Assembly (NCBI RefSeq): GCF_024166365.1 | Contig: NC_064841.1 | Span: 46,439,680-46,503,679, forward strand | DNA from: Elephas maximus | Lineage: Eukaryota | DNA length: 64,000 bases | Direction of reading: 5' to 3' | Shown here: in pieces, positions 1 through 12,140 of the stretch | Layout: the number at the start of each line of letters is the position of its first letter | How positions within the stretch are numbered: position 1 is the first letter of the stretch | Made by a program: the position numbers and the translations under genes | The notes under the pieces: generated by a model | Told to the model about the DNA's origin: nothing | Database searches by the model: none | The model's input: the letters and a program-made list of their open reading frames with translations, nothing else

Positions 1-1589
1 GACTCCCTAATTTGTATCTCCAGCCTGAATCTCTTCCCTGAACTCTAGACTCATGTCTATACTACCTGACATTTCTATCTGGATATCTAAGAGGCATCTT
101 ACATAAACATGGCTAAAGATAAACTCCAGGTACTCCCCTCAACCTGCCCTCCTACTGTCTTTCCCATTTCAGTAAGTAGAAACACAATTTTTCTAGTTGC
201 TGAGGCCAAAAACCTTACAGTCATCTTGACTCCTATCACATATTCATCAGCAAATCTCATTGGTTCTACCTTCAATCCACAGCCAGAATCCAATCACTTC
301 TTACCATCTCCACTGCTAACATACTGGTCCAAGTCACCAAGTTCCTTGACTGAATCACTTTAGTTATATCCTATATTTGAAATGCTGCTAAGAGTGTTGC
401 CTGGTGAGTTCCCTCTGCTCCCACAGTAACTGTCCTTGCCAAAGAGGAACTGCCTCACTCAAAATTACGACCCTTTCCCAGGGGCAGCCCACATCTAATG
501 ACTAGTCTATGTGGCTAGTCTCTCTGCCAAATCCTGCCCCCTCCAATTCCCTTGCAGGTGTTGCTCCTAAGAGCAAATTTTCGTCTAGAGTCTTCTTTCA
601 AGGGAACTTGACCTTTTTTTTTTTTTACCTAAGATGTCTCCTATTTGATCCTCTTCAGACTGTTCTCAACATGGCAGTCAGAACAATCCCATTAAAGCAT
701 AGATCCAGTCACATTAGATCACACAACTTTGCCAAAAATCTTCTAAAGGCTTCCATTTCACTCAGAGTTAGGCCAAAGTCCTATATTCTTACACAATCCT
801 TCCTCCCCCATTTCTTCTCTGACTCAATTTCTTCCACTCTCCCCCTTCTCACTCAGCTCCAGCCTCGGTAGTTTGCTTAATGTCCTTTGACTACATCAGG
901 TTCACTCTCACCTCAGGACATTTGCACATGCTGCTTTCTCTGCCTAGAATGAGTGTCATCCAGATAGTCACATGGCTTAGTGCCCCAACTACTTGAGATC
1001 CATACTCAGATATCCGCTTCTCAGTGAGGCATTACTTGGCCATACTATTTAAAAGTTCAATGTCCCTGCCTCTTGTATAGTCCCCATCTGCTTGCTGATT
1101 TGATTTTTCTCCTTAGCACCATCACCAGTTACCACGTTATAGTGAAACTCGTGAGAGCCGGAATTCAACAGGACTGACTTGTTTTTCTGGGTCTCATAAG
1201 TTTCCTACCTTTGACAGGGTGCAGTCTTACCACTTTTCTATTGTTCATTTTAGTGGAAAATATTTGGGCTTTCCTTCTCTGACAGGTTTCTACCTTACAC
1301 AGGTTACGGCTTTTGCAGGTTTTACTGTATATGTTTTACTTATTTATTATGTTTATTGCCTATCCTCCCAATAGAATACAGGTTCCACAAGGGCAGAGTT
1401 TTTGTCCTGTTCATTGATGTATGCCCAGAGCCTGGGACAATGCCTGGAACATAGCAGATGCTCAATGAACATTTGTACATGAATTTTGGAAAAGTACATA
1501 CTTTGTTTAATTCATACAACAGCAATCAAATTTTCATTTATGATTTATGTCCATTTAGTTTAAATACCACAAAACCACAAACAGCATAC

Positions 1590-1714
1590 CTGGGCTACGA
1601 CGTCTATTATTCTTCCCTTGATGTGAACATCCTCAAGAGGAACTAAATTCCCAGAGGTATCCTGAAGACCAGCTCCGATGTTGCTGGAAGTTTTGGTATC
1701 TGGTAACTGGTAAT
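1590..1714 (-). CDS. PARP4: PARP4 coding exon (VIT-domain start); translates (D)YQLPDTKTSSNIGAGLQDTSGNLVPLEDVHIKGRIIDVVAQ
   Basis: Open frame between acceptor tatatag|ATTACC and donor CCCAG|gtatgc on the minus strand. Translation matches my recollection of human PARP4 ...DYQLPDAKTSSSTKAGLQDASGNLVPLEDVHIKGRIIDTVAQ. Codon phase is continuous with the exon at 3473-3317. Confidence 0.8.
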
Positions 1715-2168
1715 CTATATATTAAAAACATTAATGTTAGTTTTTAAAACCATCCCTGCATGGTCTGTTTTTGTTATCTTAATTTTCACTCCTTCTCCTT
1801 CCCTTTATACATTATGTTATGACAACAGGACAAACAGCATTCTATGATTTTCAATAGCAAATTCTGAAAAGTAACTTAATTCAATTACCCAACCCGTTAC
1901 CGTCAAGTTAACCCTGACTAATGGTGACCCCATGTGTGTTAGGGTAGAACTATTGCTCCAGAGGGTTTTAGATGGCTGATTTTTCAGAAGTAGCTCACCA
2001 TGTCTTTCATTTAGCAGCCAAGTGCCTTAACCGTTTGTACTACCCAGGTACTCCACTTGGGTACAAGATCACAAGAAAAATGGGGGCAATATTTTCAAAA
2101 GACACTCCAGCCTTTTTAATCTAGAGACTTTGGGAGTCATCTTGAACACCTATAATCATGCTATTGCT

Positions 2169-2333
2169 TGGAAAAAAAAAAAAAAAACATTGCCGTTGAG
2201 ACAATTCCAACACAGAGACCCTACAGGAGAGAGGAGAACTGCCCCATAGGGTTTCCAAGGACTGACTGGTGGATTCGAACTGCCAACCTTTGGTTAGCAG
2301 TCATGTTCTTAAGCACTACACCACCAGGGCTCC
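2169..2333 (-). mobile_element. AfroSINE (tRNA-derived SINE), complete copy with T/A-rich tail
   Basis: Minus-strand reading starts GGGAGCCCTGGTGGTGTAGTG (A box), then GGCAGTTCGAATCC (B box), CCTTGGAAACCCTATGGGGCAGTTCT core and a CAACGGCAATG tail. Same family as the copies at 11228, 16782 and 27838. Confidence 0.8.
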
Positions 2334-3316
2334 CATTACTTGAAAGATATTGATTTAAACATACACACAAATACACAAGACATTTTAAAAATATCTAAGT
2401 AAATGAACCTCAAGCATGAATCTAGATTATCTGTATACCTCAACTTGTATTAGTCATTATTACGTATTTTGCCATAAAAGTGTTTTTAAGCAACATGAAG
2501 CTACATAGACTTTCAATTCAAGAATGATTAAATCAAACTTCTAATATACCATATTGAAAAGTGCTCAAGTATTATACTAGGTGATTCAGAAATATGTTAT
2601 GGCTAACTACAAACTATTTTACCACACGTTTCATTTAATGACTAACAGAAAAATTTGAAGTCATCTTCTTGAACACACATGAACATATACATGCTGAAAA
2701 AAAAATTTTATAACAGTTAAAAATGTTAACGTGTTATAATTTTACAATGCTACTAATTAATATTATAATACCTTGAACTTACAATCTTGTATTTTCTGAG
2801 AAGCTATCATCCTCTCATACATCTCTCCTACTAATAATATATATATACCACACATCAAAATTTATGGAGTATCTTCATTAATCCCTTTTAACCCTTATAG
2901 CAACACTGTGAAGCAAGAAGCTAATGATCAGAAAAATCATGCAATTTGTCCAAGACTACACAACCTAGGAAGTGGCAGGGTTGACACTCAAACTCAAGGT
3001 TCCTGATTAAAAAATTATATCTTCTGTCTATTCTGCCAAACCCCATTATATTTTTTTTGCACTGTGCTACCTTAAATTTTTTCAATGGGTTTTAGTATTA
3101 GCTATCCTGTGATGCACAAGTTAAATGTAGGTGTGCTAATAAAGTAACATGTAATTTTGAGATCACTTAACCTCTCTCAAGCATCCTGGTTTTTATTTGT
3201 ACAAAATAAAAAGGAAATATTTAGGCATGGGGTCCAGATTCAGTTACCAAACATGAAGATAAAACCCACTGAAAATACGATGTTTGAGTTCTATAAATGG
3301 AAAAGAAAAGTCTTAC

Positions 3317-3473
3317 CTTCACCCTTCGAAAAACTTGAAAACACAGGTAGGTATTCCTCTAATTCAGTATTACCACAAGGATGAAAATCCTTTATCTGGT
3401 CTCCAGGAATGCAAAATTTAATAATATAATTCATTTTAATCTGATTGGTTTTATATACAACAAATTCATCATC
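3317..3473 (-). CDS. PARP4: PARP4 coding exon (end of PARP catalytic domain, DDEFVVYK... catalytic-Glu motif)
   Basis: Acceptor cctag|GATGATG, donor GGTGAAG|gtaaga. Translation DDEFVVYKTNQIKMNYIIKFCIPGDQIKDFHPCGNTELEEYLPVFSSFSKGE matches recalled human DDEFVVYKTNQVKMKYIIKFSMPGDQIKDFHPSDHTELEEYRPEFSNFSKVE. Confidence 0.85.
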
Positions 3474-3682
3474 CTAGGCCAAACAGAAATTAACAGGGTG
3501 GTAAAAAACAAAACAAACAAAAAAAAACCATTGTTGGCAGGTATTCTTATAAAACACAATTTCATGTTTGCTAATTTAGGAAATATTGAATTCAGACCAT
3601 ACATATTCAGTCATTATTTACATTTAAGCATACCTAATAAAGGAGCAAAAAGTTGGCACTGTCTATTTCTTGATAAAAATAC

Positions 3683-3866
3683 CTCAAAGTCCGTGATGAC
3701 AGCTGCTGTTTGTGAGACTCCATGGACACTGTCATAACCTGGTGGGGCTTCTGTTAATGAAAAATCCTTCTTGTGTAAGTCCATACACTTCCCGAGGGCC
3801 ACATCACAAATGACCAAGAGTCTAGTGCCATCTGTCTCTCCTGGGCATGAATACTTAATGCTTGTA
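3683..3866 (-). CDS. PARP4: PARP4 coding exon (PARP catalytic domain core)
   Basis: Acceptor ttcctttcaaatatag|TACAAGC, donor GACTTTGAG|gtattt. Translation (S)TSIKYSCPGETDGTRLLVICDVALGKCMDLHKKDFSLTEAPPGYDSVHGVSQTAAVITDFE carries the PARP-family signature (L-x-CDVALG ... APPGYDSV) and matches recalled human PARP4 STSIKYSHPGETDGTRLLLICDVALGKCMDLHEKDFSLTEAPPGYDSVHGVSQTASVTTDFE. A 209-bp intron separates it from the next exon. Confidence 0.9.
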
Positions 3867-4486
3867 CTATATTTGAAAGGAAATAATACATATATATAAT
3901 TTACAGTTACATATCTTTTATTTTCCATATAGGAAATATTGCTTAAAAGACTTTCCTGGTAGAACATTCCAAATTTTGCTGTTTTTTGAAATAACTCCAA
4001 ATATTCAATTTAGAACTTTATTATTCATTTATTTATTTACAATTTTTATTTAACAAGCACATACAGCACCCTTATGTTGTGTGAAGCAGTGCTCAAAGCA
4101 CTTTGTTCCCAGGGAGAGGTGAAGTCTATGTATTCTCACAAATATTTATTAGCTATTAAAATATATGCCTTTTGCTACAGTAAAAACCAGAGTGGTGAAA
4201 GAGAAGAAAAAGAACACCTTATTTATTAGGAAAAAATGGATTTAATTCTCTGCATTAAAGTTCAAAAAGGATGCTGAATATTAAGAATCAATTAAAGGGA
4301 AAGGCAGCCTTTGAATTCTAATGAGGCCTTCTGAATCAAAATAGAAAAATAAAAATTATTTCAAATGGCATTCAACTGAACAATTTTGTTTTAACTCTCT
4401 TTGGGAATCAGTAGTATAAAGCAACTCTCATTATTACGAGCAACAGGCTAGGATACAACTTTGGGATCAACAGTTTTGGGACATAT

Positions 4487-5118
4487 TCCTTTTTTTTTTT
4501 TTTTTAATTGTACTTTATATGAAGGTTTACAAAGCAAATAAGTTTCTCATTAAACAATTAATATACATATTGTTTTTGTGACACTGGCTGCCAACCCCAA
4601 AACATGTCAACACTCTCCCCTTCTTGACCTTGGGTTCCCCATTATGAGCTTTTCTGTCCCCTCCTGCCTTCTCATCCTTGCCTCCTGGGCTGGTGTGCCC
4701 CTTTAGTCTTGTTTTGTTTTATATAGGTGGTCTATCTAATCTTTGGCTGAAGGGTGAACCTCTGAAATGACTTCATTACTGAGCTATAAGGGTGTCCCGA
4801 GGCCATATTTTTGAGGTTTCTCCAGTCTCTGTAAGACCAGTAGGTCTGGTCTTTTATTTTTTTGTGTGACTAAGAATTTTGTCTACATTTTTCTCCAGCT
4901 CTGCCCAGGATCTTCTACTGTCATCCCTGTCTCAGGGCAGTTGGTGGTGGTAGCCAGGCACCATGTAGCTGTACTGGACTCAGTCTGGTAGAGGCTGTGG
5001 TAGTTGTGGTCCATTAGTTCTTTGGACTAATCTTTCCCTTGTGTCTTTGGTTTTCTTCTTTCTCCCTTGCTCCAGACGGGGTTAAGACCCGTGGAGTACC
5101 TTAGATGGCTGCTCACTC
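4487..5118 (-). mobile_element. L1 3'UTR fragment (older subfamily), poly-A tail shown as T18 at 4487-4505
   Basis: Reverse complement of the 3' end of element C at about 47440-48045 (GTTGACATGTCATGGGG...ACTTTCATCTAAAGTACAAT...An). Confidence 0.6.
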
Positions 5119-6055
5119 CGTATATTTTGTTTGTTTTTTTAAAGATCAAGACCAAAGTGTGCTGCCTGGCTGTCCTTAGTTCCATTTCCTATAAGACTTA
5201 CACTTTTTATCTTTTGTAATTAATTTTCCCCGTTCTTCCTATAAGCCCTTCCCCTTCTGTAGGGTCTTTTCCTATAATATATATATTATATAAAAAAAAT
5301 AAATTAAATCCTTCCTATTCAACTCCCGATCCCCTTCACCCTGTCCCTTCTTTCTACGTATCCTTCTTCCTTTCTCACCCATACTCATGACAGGTGTCCA
5401 ACCACCGCCTCTTCTTACTCATTTGCTGGTCACTTTTCAACCCACTGTAATTTGGCTCTTATTCACACTTTCCCACTGAAACCATTCTGCCAAAAATTAC
5501 TGAAGACTTCAATGTGGTTAAATTCAGTTCACTGTACTATTACAAAGACAGATTTAAATGTTAACAAGGATACTAAAGAGGAAATATTATTCCAGACATA
5601 TGTAGTTAATACAGAATAGATAAAAGTGTTTAGCAGAGAAGTCATATGGTGTAGAGGTGAAGATTCCTGGCTCTGGAGAAAGACTGACTGGAAAGGCTGA
5701 GTTCCATCTGTGTCAAACTTTAGCACTGTGGCCTTAGGCAAAAAACCCTCTGTGTCTCTCCGTTTCCTCATCTGTGATATGGAGATAATAATAGTACCTA
5801 CCTCAAAGGGCTACTGTAAGGATTAAGTGAACAAGTATATGTAAAAGATCTCAAAAAGTGATTTCAAATGTAATTTTTCCAAATATTCACTACAGAAGAC
5901 GTGTTTCTACAATATACTGAGAAAACTGGTTGCTTTCAGTGATCTGTTGCTTAGGTGAGAAACTCTTTCAAAAACAGTGAGAAGAACACAAGGCAAGTAC
6001 TCAATCATCATTCCTTGGTGATTAGTTTAAGTAACATGACTACAAATATAACTAA

Positions 6056-6152
6056 CCTGAGTGAATCACTGAAATATATCCCACTCCCAAGACTGCCGAC
6101 GTCTGTTCTTTTTACACCATGATCTTCAACTACTTTGGGTAAAAGCAGCCCT
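6056..6152 (-). CDS. PARP4: PARP4 coding exon (catalytic domain, GLLLPKVVED...GSGIYFSDSL); boundaries within 2 bp
   Basis: Acceptor ttcttttcag|AGGGCTG, donor TCACTCAG|gttagt. Translation GLLLPKVVEDHGVKRTDVGSLGSGIYFSDSL matches recalled human (CR)GLLLPKVVEDRGVQRTDVGNLGSGIYFSDSL. Confidence 0.75.
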
Positions 6153-6837
6153 CTGAAAAGAAAAGGGAACCATGATAATTTACTAAAAAAATAATCTTTT
6201 ATCACAGCCTTGTAATTCTAGCAGAAACAGGTGCTATTTAAAACACATGAAATGAAAAGAAAAATGCATTTTAACACAAAGTGAGCTCCAGATACTATCA
6301 AAACGTAGTGAGCTACGGCTAGCTTCTCATCACCATCCTGAACAGCTGTAGGCTGCCAGCCATTTTTCCTGCCTCTGGGCTCTGCCTACTTCAACCCAAA
6401 CCCTCCATCCCCACCCCTGCACTCAGCAGCACAATGCTTTAAGCCCAACACTAGCTGCATTTCTCCCTTGGTCAAGAACTTATGCAGATTCCTGTTGGGC
6501 TTCTAGAACTCAAGAATTCTCTGCAATCAAACTGTAGACCATGGTTATCTCTGGAAGATGGGGAAGGAAGACTTCTGCTTTTTATTATATAAACATCTAT
6601 TGTCTAAATTTTGTGTTATGAACTTAATACAACTAATTTTGCAAAAGGTACACCAAAAAAGAGATGAAAATCAAACCAATTTTTATTACAAATATTTTCG
6701 GTGATTATGCCAGCTTCCCCACCTTTCCACCTATATCTCCATTCTCTCCTGACACAGCTCCTTCACAACATCGCAGCTCATGCCTGACCCTGTCTCTGGG
6801 CCTTTGCTCCTTTTGAATCTCACTGTTAATTCCATGA

Positions 6838-8162
6838 ACATCATTTTTTTATTTATTCATTTTTATTGTACTTTAGATGAAGGTTTACAGAACTGGTTTC
6901 TCATTAAATGATTAATACACATAGTTTTGTGGCACTGGTTTGGTTGCCAACCCCATGACATGTCAACACTCTCCCTTCTCAACCTTGGGGTCCTCATTAC
7001 TAGGTTTCCTGTTCCCTACTGCCTTCTTGGTCTTGCCCCTGGTCTGGTGTGCCCATTTAGTCTCGTTTTGTTTTATGGGCCTGTCTAATCTTTAGCTGAA
7101 GGGTAAACCTCTGGAGTGATTTCATGACTGAGCTATAAGGGTATCTGGGGGCCATATTCTCCAGGTTTCTCCAGTCTCTGTCAGACTAGTAAATCTAGTC
7201 TTTTTTTGTGTGTGTGTGTGCGCGTGTGAGTTAGAATTTTGTTCTACATTTTTTTCCAGCTCTGTCCAGGACCTTCTATTGTGATCCCTGTCAGGGTAGT
7301 CAGTGGTGATAGATGGGGACCATCTAGTTGTACTGGACTCAGTCTGGTGGAGGCTGTGGTAGTTGTGGTCCACTAGTCCTTTGGACTAATCTTTCCCTTG
7401 TGTCTTTGGTTTTCTTCCTTCTCCCTTCCTCGAGATGGAGTGAGACCAGTGCAGTATCCTAAATGGCCACTCACAAGCTTTTAAGACCCAAGACGCTACT
7501 CATCAAAGTACAATGTAGAATATTTTCTTTATAAACTATGCTATGCCAATTGAGCTAGGTGTTCCCCAAGACCATGGTCCCCACAGTCCTCAGCCCAGTA
7601 ATGAGGTCCCTCAAGGAGTTTGGCTGTGTGAGCTTCCATGACCTTGCCTTCAACTGGCTTCCCCAGTATTGTGTACTGTCTTATCCTTCACTAACGTTAC
7701 CATTTATTTATTGTCTAGTTAGTGCTTTTCTCTCCCACCCCTTCCCTTCCTGGTAACCATCAAAGATCGTTAATTTTTGTGTGTAAACCTTTTCATGAGT
7801 TTTCATAGTAGTGGTCTCATACAATATTTGTCCTTTTGTGACTGACTTATTTTACTCAGCATAATGCCCTCCAGATTCATCCATGATGTGAAATGCTTTT
7901 CAGATTCATCATTGTTTTTTATTGTTGTGTAGTATTCCATTCTGTATATGTGCCATAGTTTATCCACTCATTTGTTGATGGGCACCCTAGGTTGTTTCCA
8001 TCTTTTTGCTAGTGTAAACAATGCCACAATGAACATGGGTGTGCATATGTCTATTCATGTGATGGCTCTTATTTCTCTAGGATATATTCCAAGCAGTGGG
8101 ATTGCCGGATCAAATGGTATTTCTATTTGGACATCCCTTCTTCAAGACCCATCTTGACACTT
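6838..8162 (-). mobile_element. L1 3' fragment (ORF2 C-terminus plus about 1 kb 3'UTR), 5' side cut off by a BovB insertion
   Basis: Positions 7920-8130 are the reverse complement of the L1 ORF2 3' coding region seen in sense orientation at 26280-26500. Positions 6838-7760 are the reverse complement of L1 3'UTR (compare 47040-48045). Confidence 0.8.
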
Positions 8163-9140
8163 ATTGTTGTTTTTGTTAGGTGCCGTCGAGTCAGTTCCGA
8201 CTCAGAGCAAACCTATGTACAACAGAACGAAATGCTGCCCAGTCCTGTGCCATCCTTACAATCATTGTTATGCTTGAGCTCATTGTTGCTGTCACTGTGT
8301 CGATCCACCTTGTTGAGGGTCTTCCTCTTGTCCGCTGACCCTGTACTTTGCCAAGCATGATGTCCTTCTCCAGGGACTGATCCCTCCTGACAACATGTCC
8401 AAAGTATGTAAGACACAGTCTCGCCATCCTTGCCTCTAAGGATCATCCTGGCCACACTTCTTCCAAGACAGATTTGGTCGTTGTTTTGGCAGTCCATGGT
8501 ATATTCAATATTCTTCGCCAACACCACAATTCAAAGGGGTCAACTCTTACTTTGGTCTTCCTTATTCATTCTCCGGCTTTCACATACATATGACGTGATT
8601 AAAAATACCATGGCTTGGGTCAGGCACACCTTAGTCTTCAGGGTGACATCTTTGCTCTTCAACACTTTGAAGAGGTCCTTTGCAACTGATTTACCCAATG
8701 CAATGTGTCTTTTGATTTCTTGACTGCCGCTTCCATGGCTGTTGATTGTGGATCCAAGTAAAATGAAATCCTTGATGACTTCAATCTTTTCTCCATTTAT
8801 CATGATGTTGCTCATTCGTCCAGTTGTGAGGATTTTTTTTTTCTTCATGTTGAGTTGCAACCCATACTGAAGGCTGTGGTCTTTGATCTTCATTAGTAAG
8901 TGCTTCAAGTATCTCAAGACTGTCAGTTTGTCATCTGTGGGGGCTTGTGTGTTGCTGTGATGCTGGAAGCTATGCTACCCGTATTCAAATACCGGCAGGG
9001 TCACCCGTGCAAGACAGGTTTTAGTTGAGCTTCCAGACTAAGACTAGGAAGAAGGACCTGGCAGTCTACTTCTGAAAAGCATTAGCCAGTGAAAACCTTA
9101 CAAATAGCAGCGGAACATCTGTAGACTTATCACCTCTAAA
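8163..9140 (-). mobile_element. BovB/RTE-type LINE, 3' portion (RT C-terminus, ORF2 C-terminal domain and tail)
   Basis: Minus-strand ORFs read ...RRDQSLEKDIMLGKVQGQRTRGRPSTRWIDTVTATMSSSITMIVRMAQDWAAFRSVVHRFALSRN (BovB ORF2 C-terminus) and ...LLGSTINSHGSGSQEIKRHIALGK... (RT). The element ends in GTGCCGTCGAGTC..., a tail shared with AfroSINE. Confidence 0.8.
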
Positions 9141-11227
9141 ATGTCCTACCTTTCCTTATTATAGACATCATCTCCGTGGTGCTGCACTCACCTTCCAGGT
9201 GCACTATAAATGCTACTAAATAAATCAATCACTCATCTCTCAAATTTAATGTACTTTTATTATAGGGATGTCAATCTCTATTTACAAAAGTCCACTTACA
9301 ATGAAAATTCCTATTTGGTATATGTTCCATATGCTTGCAATTGACTTGCTTAAAAACAAATAAAACATTTCTCTGTATGAAAGAAACTTCAGAGAATCCT
9401 TTGGGGTTTGTCTTTACCCTTTTTCCTATGTGACTCTGTGTTTTTTTTTTTTTCCTACTTGTTACGTGTCTGTATCTTTATTTTTCAACGGTTATAATTT
9501 CCTAGAGGGCAGAGACCAGATATTGGATTCCTTCCAGTGGTCTCTAGAGCAGTGTTCCTCCCCCAGAACTACAAGAAGGAGTTGAGATGGAACACAGGCT
9601 TCCTGAGTCACTGAGAATGCCCTCGACTTCAAAATGGAGGGGTTCTGCCCTGGTTCTCCTCTGTTCAACATTTCAATCAATAACTTTGGTGCGGACAAAG
9701 GCCGAATGTAGATCAAAATGCGAATAACTTTATGCTAAGAAATATGTAAACACATCAGAAGGCCATCAGATAAATAGATCGCTCAATAGGTTGTATCCAT
9801 GGGCCAGAACTAATAAGAGTACATTTAACAAGGACAAGTGAAACGTCCTACACTTTAGATGACAAGAGCTCAACAACAACTGCATCAGTCAGGGTGGGGA
9901 AGAAAGTTCGAATGAGAAAGGTTTAGAGATTTTATTGGACCACAAGCTCAATGCAGCAAGAGTTAACAGTGCAGTGAGGCTGCCCAGGGAAGGCTGCCTG
10001 AGCGGAAGGGAGATGAGTCAAGCTGTGTTTCCTGCCAGAGAATCCCAAGGTTTAGCGCAAGAGCAAGTATGTAGATAAAATTGAGAGTGTTCAGCAGAAA
10101 GTAGCCAGAAAGAAGAGAAGTTGAAAGAACTGAAGTTGCCTAACCTGGAACAGAAAAGATTTAGGGGAGAAAAGATCACTGAATTAAATCCTGAAAAGGC
10201 GGACATTAAGAAGAGAGATGACATTTTTCTGTGTGTGTGATCACAGGGGAATGAATTAGAACTACAAGATGAAAGTTACAAGGAGGTAGACAAAGAGGCA
10301 CTTTTAAATAGTCAGAACAACTGGAAAATAGACGTGCTGCCTAGTGCAGTGCATTCCCTGTCATGGGAAGGATTGACATTGAAGCCACTGGTGCAGTTAG
10401 TTAGAAAAACTTATGTTCACTATCTGTCAAGGCAAAATATATCCTTCATGTTCCTGTTTTTTATATTTTTCATGTCCTCATTACCTGATTTCTTTAAAAT
10501 TTTTCTTGCTTCCTTTCAGATCTGCACTGGTAACCAAATATTGTTTTCTTGGCTAAACCTTATCAACCAGTCCCTATTAAAGGGTACATAAAAGATGAGA
10601 CCCAACTTCTTGAAAAGTAGGGAGCTATTGGAGAGTGAGAGTGGCACAGAAGATAGCAATTTTAGGTTACAGGTTAACTGGTTAGGCTTTGAAGAGTTAA
10701 TACATGTGCACAATAGAAAATCCACTAAGCATAAATGGATAGATAGCAAGAAGTAATCTCCTACCCATGGCATCCAGTACTCCAGTCCCCTCCCAGAAGT
10801 CAATACTGTTAGCAGTCTCCAGAGAGATTACCTTTTTTTCTTTTTAAAATGCTGTATTATAGAATATTTCATACATACACAAAAGTAGCGAAAATGTTAT
10901 AATGAACCCTAAAGTACCCATTACACAGCTTCACAGTGATCAATTTCCAGAAGTATTATTTACATATATATGCAAAACACACATATGTGTTTCTTGAAAC
11001 TGACCATATCTTAGCGATCACATTGTATTAATACAGATGCCTCATTCTATTAAATGACTATTCCTTTGTCTGGATGTATCAGAATTATTTGAACTAGTCC
11101 CAGTAAACGGACTCTGGATGGAAATTTGCTACTACAAATAATGCTGCAATGAATAGCCTTGACTACTACTCATCGTTTTCCTCATGTGTAAATATATCTG
11201 TATGGTAAAATTCTTGATGGATCATAA

Positions 11228-11393
11228 AACCAAAAAAGAAAGCCAAACCTGTTGCCACCAAGCTGATTCCGACTCCTAGCAACCCTATAGGACAGGGTAG
11301 GACTGCCCCACAGAGTTTCCAAGGAGCACTTGGTAGATCTGTACTGCCGACCCTTTGGTTAGCAGCCACAGCACCTAACGCCAGCAGGGTTTC
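11228..11393 (-). mobile_element. AfroSINE copy
   Basis: A/B boxes, CCTTGGAAACTCTGTGGGGCAGTCCTACCCTGTCCTATAGGGTTGCTAGGAGTCGGAATCAGCTTGGTGGCAAC core in minus-strand reading, A-rich flank. Confidence 0.8.
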
Positions 11394-11954
11394 CAATGGA
11401 TCACAAGGGGTATACATGTTAACAGTTGTTTTTGTAAACTATATTTAATCTAACTGGCTTATCATTATGTTACAAGGAATTGAAAAACCAATCAAGAACT
11501 ATGTAGAAATTAATCAATAAATTTAGGACTGAAAAGAAGGAATCTTAGTAAATGCTTATGTCCATACACATCAATACATTTAATCATTCTTGTTCTACCA
11601 TTTGATGAATGAGTCGTATAAATTAAAAACTGGCAAACCACTTACTAGCAGTGTGTACTTTGTGAATTTGGCAGTTCCTGTTAAATTGCCCTTGAAGATG
11701 TGTACTAATTTTCAATTCCACTAGAATGTGTGAAAAATGCTTGCTTCTTGCCAACACAGTGCATTATCCAAACTTTTCCATTTCTGTGACTGGTAGGTGA
11801 AAAATGGTACCATGCTGTACTTTGCATATTATATTTAAATTATTTTCAGTGATACTGAACACCTCTTCAAGTTTTAAAAGTCATCTATACTTCCTTTTCT
11901 GAAGTGTTTATGCCTATTTTTCTAGGGCATCATACCATTTTTTTTTTTTATCTT

Positions 11955-12140
11955 ATTGATGTTTAGGTGTTATTGTTGGTTGCCACTGAGTTGGCTCCAA
12001 CTCATGGTGACCCCATGTAGAACAGAACAAAACATTGCCTGGTTTTGAATCATCTTCATGACTGTTGGTATGCTTGTGTCTATTGTTTTTGCTGCTGTGT
12101 ATTCTGAGTGCCTTCCAACCTAGGGGGCTCATCTTCCAGC
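11955..12140 (-). mobile_element. BovB/RTE 3'-end fragment (or BovB-tailed SINE)
   Basis: GGTGTTATTGTTGGTTGCCACTGAGTTGGCTCCAACTCATGGTGACCCCATGTAGAACAGAACAAAACATTGCC parallels the BovB 3' ends at 8170 and 13310. Confidence 0.5.

Noticed and set aside
99-293. Minus-strand 64-aa ORF as a possible next PARP4 (VIT-domain) exon
   Set aside because: Its translation (…ATRKIVFLLTEMGKTVGGQVEG…) does not match the expected VIVFQTYTNKSHVPIEAKYIFPLDD... continuation closely enough. The next exon probably lies beyond the window start.
2172-2187. A16 run upstream of an AfroSINE that looked like a plus-strand poly-A tail
   Set aside because: The A/B boxes show the SINE is on the minus strand. The A-run is therefore a T-rich variant of the family's (GGTTT)n-type tail, and there is no plus-strand retroposed tail there.
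9500-10400. Repeat-like unique-looking stretch with 68-85 aa ORFs
   Set aside because: I could not recognise a repeat family or a protein from memory, and the ORFs are short with no motifs. It is left unannotated.
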